Below are positions 30,706 through 38,246 of a stretch of 64,000 nucleotides of DNA, piece by piece (the stretch's first letter is position 1; every line of letters begins with the position of its first letter). The position numbers and the translations under genes were made by a program. Location: positions 30,618-94,617 of the forward strand of contig CAZCFM010000001.1 of the NCBI GenBank assembly GCA_964497855.1, written 5' to 3'. The DNA is from an uncultured Verrucomicrobiota bacterium (GTDB taxonomy: Bacteria; Verrucomicrobiota; Kiritimatiellia; SS1-B-03-39; UBA6053). Below the pieces are notes generated by a model. The model saw only the letters and a list, made by a program, of their open reading frames with translations. It searched no databases and was not told where the DNA came from.

Positions 30706-31479
30706 ATGCCCTCCCAAAAACCTTTCAACGGCCGCCGCGCCGCCCTCAGCCTCACCTACGACGACACGCTCGACTGTCATCTCGATCTCGTCGCCCCCGC
30801 GTTGGAATCCCGTGGATTCCGTGGCACCTTCTACACTCCCGTCAACGACACCCTGCTGCGGCGCATGGATCAATGGTCCGAGACATCCCGCCGCGGCCAT
30901 GAACTGGGCAATCACACCCTCTTCCACCCCTGCCGCTCCTACGGCGGTGCCACCTGGATTCAACCCTGGCGCGATCTCAAAACCTACGATCTCGCCCGCT
31001 GGGAGGCGGAAGTCGATCTCGCCAACCTCGTCCTCAACCGCATCGAAGGCCGATCCGACCGCAGCTACGGCAACACCTGCCACAACAATTTCATTGGACC
31101 CGATGACGCGCCGCTCTGCCTCGACGCCCACATGCTCCCCCGTTTCGTCGCCGCCCGCGGCACCAAACGCGATGTGGACGAAAGCATCGATCCCCGCAAC
31201 CTGACTCCCGGCAATCTCGGCACCCTCGGCGGCGACGGCCTCTCGCCCGACGCCATGAAACAGCTCGTCGACATGGCCGTCGCGCGTGGACACTGGATTA
31301 TCCTCACCTTCCACCATGTTGGTCCCGTGGAACGCCGCCTCACCATCGCCGAAACCACCCACAACGCCCTCCTCGACCACTGCGCCTCCCTCCACAACGA
31401 CCTCTGGGTAGCCCCCGTACGCGACATCATCGCCACCTGTCCGGGCAAGCTCCCGCCCAGGTCCGAGACTCCCGCCTGA
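30706..31479 (+). CDS. polysaccharide deacetylase (NodB-homology, CE4-like) family protein
   Basis: AALSLTYDDTLDCHLD...FRGTFY...GHELGNHTLFH pattern (Asp pair plus His-His metal motif). Start at MPSQKPF (ATG 30706); the upstream part of listed ORF 30127..31479 overlaps sdhB out of frame. Confidence 0.8.
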   Translation: MPSQKPFNGRRAALSLTYDDTLDCHLDLVAPALESRGFRGTFYTPVNDTLLRRMDQWSETSRRGHELGNHTLFHPCRSYGGATWIQPWRDLKTYDLARWEAEVDLANLVLNRIEGRSDRSYGNTCHNNFIGPDDAPLCLDAHMLPRFVAARGTKRDVDESIDPRNLTPGNLGTLGGDGLSPDAMKQLVDMAVARGHWIILTFHHVGPVERRLTIAETTHNALLDHCASLHNDLWVAPVRDIIATCPGKLPPRSETPA

Positions 31480-31597
31480 TCATCGGACGCCAAGCCGCCC
31501 GGAAAACAACGTCTATTTTCACGCGTCCCGCACTTGGCAGTGCTTCCATTCTGTGCTTAAAAGCAAGCATGCAGAACGAGTTGCCGGGAACTGTATC

Positions 31598-34330
31598 ATG
31601 AACGCAGTTGAAATCGAAGAGGCGGTATCCGCCCTGGCGGAGCTTCCCTTTGATGCGGAAACCTTTCCCTACGCGTTTTTGGAGGCGTTCGGGAACAAGA
31701 CCACCACCCTGAAGCGGCTGCAAAGCGGGACCAGCAATCAGTCGGACCTGCCGGGCGGGGTTTTGCAGCGCAACAACATCCACATCACGACGTGTGCGGC
31801 GGGCGAGGTAGCCACGACCCTGAACTCCCTGCGGGAAAGCCCCGCCACCGCTAAACAGAAGGCCAAGTTCATTCTGGCCACCGACGGCGAAAGCTTCGAG
31901 GCCGAGGATCTGGCCGGCGGCGAAACCGTGGCCTGCGCCTACAGGGATTTCCCCGACCACTTCGGTTTTTTTCTGCCCCTGGCCGGGATCAGCACCGTCA
32001 AACAGATCCGTGAAAACGCCTTCGACATCAAGGCCACCAGCCGCCTGAACCGCCTGTACCTGGAACTGATCAAAGACAATCCCGAGTGGGGAAAAGAGGC
32101 GCGGCGGCACGACATGAACCACTTCATGGCCCGCCTGATTTTCTGCTTTTTCGCGGAAGACACCGATATTTTTACCGGCGGCTGCCTCTTCACCGACACC
32201 GTGGAGCAGATGAGCGCGCGGGACGCCTCCAACACCCACGAGGTGATCTCGGAAATCTTCCGGTCCATGGCCACCGCCATCGGGGAGCGCAAAAGCGCTG
32301 GACTCCCCCGCTGGGCGGACGCCTTTCCCTACGTGAACGGCGGACTGTTCTCCGGGTCGTCCGAGGTGCCGCGCTTCAGTAAGTTTGCGAAAGCCCACCT
32401 TCGCCAGATCGGAACCCTCGACTGGACCAAAATCAACCCCGACATCTTCGGGTCCATGATTCAGGCCGTGGCCGACGACGAGGAGCGCGGGGCCCTGGGC
32501 ATGCACTACACCAGCGTGCCGAACATCCTCAAGGTGCTAAACCCCCTCTTTCTCGACGATTTGCGCGAAAAACTGGAGGAGGCGGGCGACAACAAGCGTA
32601 AACTCCTCAACCTCCGCAACCGCATGGCCCGCATCCGGGTCTTCGACCCCGCCTGCGGCTCCGGGAACTTTCTGGTCATCGCCTACAAGGAAATGCGGGC
32701 CATCGAGGCGGAGATCAACCGACGGCGCGGGGAAACCAACCGCCGCAGCGACCTGCCGCTCACCAACTACCGCGGCATCGAACTGCGCGATTTCTCGGCG
32801 GAGATCGCCCGACTCGCCCTCGTCATCGCCCAATACCAGTGCGACGTGCTTTACCTCGGCCAGAAAGAGGCCCTCGCCGTCTTTCTCCCCCTTGAAGCCA
32901 ACAACTGGATCACCTGCGGCAACGCCCTCCGCCTCGACTGGCTCAGCATCTGCCCCCCCACCGGCACCGGCGTCAAACTCCGCTCCGACGATCTCTTCGA
33001 CACCCCCCACGACCAGGCTGAAATCGACTTCCAAAACGAGGGAGGGGAGACCTATATCTGCGGGAATCCGCCTTTTATTGGCACGAGGAAACAAACCGAT
33101 GAACAAAAAAACGATTTAAAATCTGTATTTGCATCACTCACTGAGCACTGGAAAAATGTCGATTATGTAGGCGCTTGGCTCGTTAAAGCAGCTGAATATA
33201 ATAAAAATACATTTGCGCCATTTGCATTCGTTGCCACAAATAGTTTATGTCAAGGCCAGCAGGTTTCAATTACGTGGCGCATTCTCTTGAAAATGGGCTT
33301 TCGCATACGCTTTGCCCATACTTCCTTCATTTGGTCGAACTTAGCTGCAAACAAGGCGGGTGTGACCGTGGTTGTTATAGGTATAGACAACCGATGTACG
33401 GGAAACCGTATCATTTTCGATTCTGACAATATTCGGGTTGTTGAAAACATTAACCCTTATCTAACAGAGCACAAAGTTGACTACATACCTTCCAGTAGAA
33501 GACCCATTTTCATTAATGAATATATGGATTATGGTGTTTACTATTCAAAATCATCAGGGTTGATTTTACGACCAGACGAAGCATCTTCTTTAATAAGAAA
33601 CGGACTAGATAATTCATTAATAAAGAAATTTTTAGGCTCCTCGGAATTTATTAACGGAAAAGAACGATATTGCCTTTGGGTACAGGATACCGACCTTCAT
33701 CGAATTACCAAAATTCCAGAAGTCTTGGCCCGCATTGAATCAGTCAGGAAGGATCGACTAGATACCCGAGATAAATCCGTAAATAAACTCGCTTCAAAAC
33801 CCCACCAATTCCGTGAAATTAAGGGTGAAGAAAATGTAAAAATTCTAATTCCGATCGTTTCATCGGAAAACAGATCCCATCTGCCTGTCGGAATGGCTAA
33901 TGGCAGCGTAATTCCTACAAATAAGGCGTTTTTCATTGGAAATCCACCGTTATGGTGCCTCGCTATACTTTCTTCTCGCATCCACCTTACATGGATTGCC
34001 ACAGTCTGTGGACGAATGAGAACGGATTTCTCCTACTCCAACACCCTTGGCTGGAACACCTTTCCGGTGCCGTCGTTGACGGAGCAGAACAAGCGGGATT
34101 TGACGCGCTGTGCGGAGGAGATTCTGCTGGTGCGGGAGGCGCATTTTCCGGCGACCATCGCGGACCTGTACGACCCGGAGGCGATGCCCGACGATCTGCG
34201 GGCGGCGCACGAGCGCAACGACGAGACCCTGGAGCGCATCTACATCGGCCGCCGCTTCAAAAACGACACCGAGCGCCTCGAAAAGCTTTTTGAGATGTAC
34301 ACGAAGATGACGGGGGGAAAACATGTCTGA
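31598..34330 (+). CDS. MmeI/YeeA-family N6-adenine DNA methyltransferase (Type IIL-like architecture, N-terminal nuclease motif not recognisable)
   Basis: RLIFCFFAEDTDIF, FPYVNGGLF, INPDIFGSMIQAV, GMHYTSVPNILKVLNPLFLD, FDPACGSGNFLVIAY (SAM motif I), ICGNPPFIG (motif IV). C-terminal FPATIADLYDP..MPDDLRAAHERND resembles the MmeI C-terminal domain. Start at MNAVEIEE (ATG 31598). Confidence 0.88.
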   Translation: MNAVEIEEAVSALAELPFDAETFPYAFLEAFGNKTTTLKRLQSGTSNQSDLPGGVLQRNNIHITTCAAGEVATTLNSLRESPATAKQKAKFILATDGESFEAEDLAGGETVACAYRDFPDHFGFFLPLAGISTVKQIRENAFDIKATSRLNRLYLELIKDNPEWGKEARRHDMNHFMARLIFCFFAEDTDIFTGGCLFTDTVEQMSARDASNTHEVISEIFRSMATAIGERKSAGLPRWADAFPYVNGGLFSGSSEVPRFSKFAKAHLRQIGTLDWTKINPDIFGSMIQAVADDEERGALGMHYTSVPNILKVLNPLFLDDLREKLEEAGDNKRKLLNLRNRMARIRVFDPACGSGNFLVIAYKEMRAIEAEINRRRGETNRRSDLPLTNYRGIELRDFSAEIARLALVIAQYQCDVLYLGQKEALAVFLPLEANNWITCGNALRLDWLSICPPTGTGVKLRSDDLFDTPHDQAEIDFQNEGGETYICGNPPFIGTRKQTDEQKNDLKSVFASLTEHWKNVDYVGAWLVKAAEYNKNTFAPFAFVATNSLCQGQQVSITWRILLKMGFRIRFAHTSFIWSNLAANKAGVTVVVIGIDNRCTGNRIIFDSDNIRVVENINPYLTEHKVDYIPSSRRPIFINEYMDYGVYYSKSSGLILRPDEASSLIRNGLDNSLIKKFLGSSEFINGKERYCLWVQDTDLHRITKIPEVLARIESVRKDRLDTRDKSVNKLASKPHQFREIKGEENVKILIPIVSSENRSHLPVGMANGSVIPTNKAFFIGNPPLWCLAILSSRIHLTWIATVCGRMRTDFSYSNTLGWNTFPVPSLTEQNKRDLTRCAEEILLVREAHFPATIADLYDPEAMPDDLRAAHERNDETLERIYIGRRFKNDTERLEKLFEMYTKMTGGKHV
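33065..34030 (+). other. AT-rich mosaic segment inside the methyltransferase gene, covering the region after motif IV (presumed target-recognition domain)
   Basis: Composition switches abruptly just after the GNPPF codons (about 33060) to visibly AT-rich codons (aaa, att, aat, tta), and switches back near 34030 (..SYSNTLGWNTFPVP). The reading frame stays intact. Confidence 0.7.
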
Positions 34331-34503
34331 CGTGATTTTGTACACCACCGAGGATGGGAAGACACGCATCGACCTGCGTGTGGAGGGCGGGACCGTCTGG
34401 CTTCATCAGTTGGAGATTGCGGAGTTGTTCCAGACTTCCAAGCAAAACGTCAGTCTGCATGTTCGTAATATATTGAAAGATGGTGAGTTAGACGAATCGG
34501 CAA

Positions 34504-34524
34504 CTGTCAAGAAATCCTTGACAG
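34504..34524. repeat. palindrome CTGTCAAG-aaatc-CTTGACAG (copy 1 of a direct pair)
   Basis: 8-bp arms. Related copy 53 nt downstream. Located exactly where RhuM homology breaks off. Confidence 0.6.
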
Positions 34525-34558
34525 TTCAGATACCTCGCTTCCGAATGTTATCACCAGT

Positions 34559-34579
34559 TGTCAAGGAATCCTTGACAAC
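34559..34579. repeat. palindrome TTGTCAAGGA-a-TCCTTGACAA (copy 2)
   Basis: Perfect 10-bp arms around a single central base. Shares the TGTCAAG.AATCCTTGACA core with copy 1. Confidence 0.6.
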
Positions 34580-34633
34580 TCATCGCTCCAATTCCCGTTG
34601 GACTCGTTTGGAAATATATTGCAAGGATGCCGC

Positions 34634-36040
34634 ATGACTACCACTCAGCAAGTTGATGTATGGCTTCAAGTGAGAAAAGAGACCCGTACCCTTGAGTTTA
34701 AGGAGGCGAAAACGCAGTACGATTTCCGAAAACTCTGCAAGTATTGCGTGGCCATTGCGAATGAATCCGGAGGATTTTTGGTGCTGGGCGTGACCAACAA
34801 TCCTCCCCGGAAGGTGGTGGGCAGCGCGGCGTTCCAAAATACGGAGGAAACAGCTTCCAAACTGTTTCAGACACTTGGGTTCCGTGTTGACGTTGAGGAG
34901 GTGGATCATCCGGATGGACGGGTGGTGGTATTCCGGCTCCCGGGTCGCCCCCGGGGTACCGCCTATTCTTTTGAGGGCGCGTATTGGATGCGGGTAGGAG
35001 AGGAACTCCAGCCGATGTCGGAAGATCGGCTACGTGCTATTTTCACGGAAGGTCAGCCCGATTGGCTGTCGCTTCCGGCTGCTCCTCCGGTTTCCGCCCA
35101 GGAGGTTGTTCAGTTTTTGGATACTCAGAGTTTTTTTGATCTGCTGAAACTGCCGTATCCCGCCGATCAGCGGGGCGTGCTCGGACGGCTAGTGGAGGAG
35201 CGCTTGATTGCAGAGGCAACGGGTGGGTATGAGATCAGCAATTTGGCGGCAGTATTACTGGCAAAAGATTTAAATGCCTTTGAGGGCCTTTCCCGCAAAG
35301 CGTCACGGGTGGTGGTGTATCGTGGAGAGGACAAGCTCCACACCAAAACGGATAAGACAGGCGCCAAGGGATACGCGGTTGGATTCCAAGGCCTGGTGGA
35401 ATATGTGATGGGGATGCTTCCTCAGAATGAGGTGATCGAGAAGGCTCTGCGGGTGGAGAGTAAATTACTGCCGGAAGTGGTCATTCGCGAGCTTTTGGCC
35501 AATGCCCTGATTCATCAGGACTTCGAATGTGGCGGGGGATGCCCGATGGTGGAGATTTATTCAAACCGGGTGGAAATCAGCAATCCCGGCGAACCTATCG
35601 TGCCGGTGGAGCGGTTTATTGATGGCTATCAGTCGCGTAATGAGCGACTAGCGGATTTGATGCGTCGATTTGGGATTTGCGAGGAAAAAAGCAGCGGGAT
35701 CGACCAGGTAATTGGAGCGGCGGAAGCGCATCAGCTCCCGGCTCCGGATTTTCAGGTGGGATATCAACGGACGATTGTGATCTTGTATGGCCCACGTCCT
35801 TTCCGTCTCATGGACCGGAGTGACCGTATTCGCGCCTGCTATCAGCATTGCGCTCTGCAATGGGTACTTCGGCAACAGATGACGAATCAATCCCTTCGAG
35901 AACGATTCGGTGTGTCAGATAGCAGTACAAATTCTGTCTCACAGATTATCACCGCCACCATCGAGGCGGGTTTAATCAAACCCAACCCCAGCATAGCTCC
36001 CTCCCGAAAGTACGCCCGCTACCTGCCCATTTGGGCATGA
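34634..36040 (+). CDS. Schlafen/AlbA_2 domain plus HATPase_c_4 'putative DNA-binding ATPase/transcriptional regulator' (COG2865-like)
   Basis: N-terminal LEFKEAKTQYDFRKLCKYCVAIANESGGFLVLGV (AlbA_2/divergent AAA-4). Middle VIRELLANALIHQDF..GGCPMVEIYSNRVEISNPG (HATPase_c_4). C-terminal wHTH-like tail. Start MTTTQQ (ATG 34634). Confidence 0.8.
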   Translation: MTTTQQVDVWLQVRKETRTLEFKEAKTQYDFRKLCKYCVAIANESGGFLVLGVTNNPPRKVVGSAAFQNTEETASKLFQTLGFRVDVEEVDHPDGRVVVFRLPGRPRGTAYSFEGAYWMRVGEELQPMSEDRLRAIFTEGQPDWLSLPAAPPVSAQEVVQFLDTQSFFDLLKLPYPADQRGVLGRLVEERLIAEATGGYEISNLAAVLLAKDLNAFEGLSRKASRVVVYRGEDKLHTKTDKTGAKGYAVGFQGLVEYVMGMLPQNEVIEKALRVESKLLPEVVIRELLANALIHQDFECGGGCPMVEIYSNRVEISNPGEPIVPVERFIDGYQSRNERLADLMRRFGICEEKSSGIDQVIGAAEAHQLPAPDFQVGYQRTIVILYGPRPFRLMDRSDRIRACYQHCALQWVLRQQMTNQSLRERFGVSDSSTNSVSQIITATIEAGLIKPNPSIAPSRKYARYLPIWA

Positions 36041-36188
36041 ATCTTATTTCATCGCAACCGGCATTTCAGGGAAAGCAAAAACCTAACATCTTGCAAATGA
36101 ACACTTTCTTATTTTGTTTTCAACGGTACTTCCCGACGGGAGACCTGTCGGTTGACTCAATCCCGCCCCTGTGTAAAGAGAGCATTTT

Positions 36189-38246
36189 ATGACCCATTCC
36201 CTGAAAACATTTCCTTCTGTGTCGGTGACCTACGCGGGCGACGGCGGGTCGGTCCGCGCCAATGAGCTGGGGATGCGGCCGATGCAGGAGCGGGCGTATC
36301 AGAAGCGGGGGGAGCAATACCTGCTGATCAAGTCGCCGCCGGCTTCGGGGAAAAGCCGGGCACTGATGTTCATCGCTCTGGACAAGCTGGAGAATCAGGG
36401 TCTGAAAAAGGCCCTGATCGTGGTGCCGGAGAAGACCATCGGGGCCAGTTTTGCGGATGAACCGCTTTCGCGTTTCGGTTTCTGGGCGGATTGGAGGGTG
36501 GAACCGCGCTGGAATCTCTGCAACGCTCCCGGCGAAGATGGAGGCAAGGTGGAGTCGGTGCGGGTGTTTCTGGAGAGCGGGGATCGGGTGATGGTGTGCA
36601 CACACGCGACCTTCCGTTTCGCGGTGGACCGCTTCGGCGTGGGAGCCTTCGATGACTGTTTGATCGCGGTGGACGAGTTTCACCATGTGTCCTCGAATCC
36701 CGATAACAAGCTGGGAACGCACCTGGCGGAGTTTATTTCGCGCGGGAAAACCCATATCGTGGCGATGACGGGATCGTATTTCCGGGGCGACGCCGAGGCG
36801 GTGCTCCATCCCACGGACGAGGCCCGCTTTGAAACGGTGACCTACACCTACTATGAGCAGTTGAGCGGCTATGAGTATCTGAAACAACTGGACATGGGCT
36901 ATTACTTTTATGCGGGAAGCTATGCGGTTGAGATTCTGCAGGTGCTGAATCCGGAGGAGAAAACCATCGTCCACATCCCCAACGTCAACGCCCGCGAAAG
37001 CACCAAGGACAAAATCCGCGAGGTGGAGCACATTCTGGAGGAGCTGGGCGAGTGGCAGGGGGCGGATCCGGCGACCGGATTTCAGTTGGTGAAAACCCGC
37101 GAAGGCCGTCTTTTGAAAATCGCGGATCTTGTGGAGGATGATCCCCGCAAGCGGGACAAGGTGACGGCGGCGCTGAAAGATCCATCGCAGAAGAACAATC
37201 GCGACCATGTGGACATCATCATTGCCCTGGGCATGGCCAAGGAGGGCTTTGACTGGATCTGGTGCGAGCACGCGCTGACGGTCGGGTACCGTTCGAGTTT
37301 GACGGAGATTGTGCAGATCATCGGGCGGGCCACGCGGGACGCGCCGGGCAAAACGCGCTCCCGTTTCACCAATCTGATCGCCGAGCCGGACGCCGCCGAG
37401 GAGGCGGTCACCGAGGCGGTGAACGACACGCTGAAGGCGATTGCGGCCAGCCTGCTGATGGAACAGGTTCTGGCGCCGCGCTTTGAGTTCCGTCCCAAAC
37501 GACCGGAGACCGGGCCGAGTCCGGGATACGATTATGGTCCGGGAGGCTATCAGGCGGAGCGCTGCAATGTGGGTTATGATCCCGCATCCGGCAAAATTCA
37601 GTTGGAACTCAAGGGGCTGGCGGAACCGGCCAGTCCGGAAGCCTCCCGCATTTGCAGGGAGGATCTTACCGAGGTGGTGACGGCTTTTGTGCAGCAGAAA
37701 GGGAATCTGGAGCGGGGGCTCTTTGACGAGGAGCTGGTGCCGGAAGAGCTGACCCAGATTCGCATGGGGAAAATCATCAAAGAGAAATATCCCGAACTGA
37801 CACCCGAGGACCAGGAGGCGGTCAGGCAACACGCGGTGGTGGCGTTGAATGTGATCCAACAGGCGAAAGGGTTCCTGTTTCAGGACAGCAGCTCTCCGCC
37901 GGAGAAAGCGAACACCTCTCTGATTGACGGGGTGAGGCGATTCGCCATGGATGTCCGGGATCTGGACGTGGATTTGATCGACCGCATCAATCCTTTTGGC
38001 GAGGCCTACGCGATTTTAGCGAAATCCATGAACCCGGAGCGGCTGCGGCGTCTGCACGAAATCATCGGGGCCAAACGCGTGAGTCTTTCCTTGGAGGAGT
38101 CCCGGGACTTGGCCAAGCGCGCGTTGCGTTTCAAGCAGGAGCGGGGGCGAGTGCCGTCGATGACGGCGGCGGATCCATGGGAAAGGCGGATGGCGGAGGG
38201 TGTGGCTTATCTGCAACAGAAAGTCCGGGAGCAATCCAATGGCTAA
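36189..38246 (+). CDS. SF2 (DEAD/DEAH-like, ResIII-type) helicase
   Basis: Walker A IKSPPASGKSRAL, DEFH box IAVDEFHHV, MTGSYFRGD (motif III-like), ALGMAKEGFDW and QIIGRATRD (motif VI). About 250 aa C-terminal extension. Confidence 0.85.
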   Translation: MTHSLKTFPSVSVTYAGDGGSVRANELGMRPMQERAYQKRGEQYLLIKSPPASGKSRALMFIALDKLENQGLKKALIVVPEKTIGASFADEPLSRFGFWADWRVEPRWNLCNAPGEDGGKVESVRVFLESGDRVMVCTHATFRFAVDRFGVGAFDDCLIAVDEFHHVSSNPDNKLGTHLAEFISRGKTHIVAMTGSYFRGDAEAVLHPTDEARFETVTYTYYEQLSGYEYLKQLDMGYYFYAGSYAVEILQVLNPEEKTIVHIPNVNARESTKDKIREVEHILEELGEWQGADPATGFQLVKTREGRLLKIADLVEDDPRKRDKVTAALKDPSQKNNRDHVDIIIALGMAKEGFDWIWCEHALTVGYRSSLTEIVQIIGRATRDAPGKTRSRFTNLIAEPDAAEEAVTEAVNDTLKAIAASLLMEQVLAPRFEFRPKRPETGPSPGYDYGPGGYQAERCNVGYDPASGKIQLELKGLAEPASPEASRICREDLTEVVTAFVQQKGNLERGLFDEELVPEELTQIRMGKIIKEKYPELTPEDQEAVRQHAVVALNVIQQAKGFLFQDSSSPPEKANTSLIDGVRRFAMDVRDLDVDLIDRINPFGEAYAILAKSMNPERLRRLHEIIGAKRVSLSLEESRDLAKRALRFKQERGRVPSMTAADPWERRMAEGVAYLQQKVREQSNG

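Larger units (their letters stand above)
34323..34637 (+). pseudogene. RhuM-family gene remnant (N-terminal ~65 codons only)
   Basis: MSDVILYTTEDGKTRIDLRVEGGTVWLHQLEIAELFQTSKQNVSLHVRNILKDGELDESATVKK matches the conserved RhuM N-terminus, but full-length members are ~330 aa. After residue ~65 the sequence is unrelated. Overlaps the MTase stop by 8 nt and the next ATG by 4 nt (ATGA). Confidence 0.6.

Noticed and set aside
31530-31560. TTGGCAGTGCTTCC resembling a sigma-54 -24/-12 promoter upstream of the methyltransferase gene
   Set aside because: The spacing and sequence of the -12 element do not fit the TGGCAC-N5-TTGC consensus.
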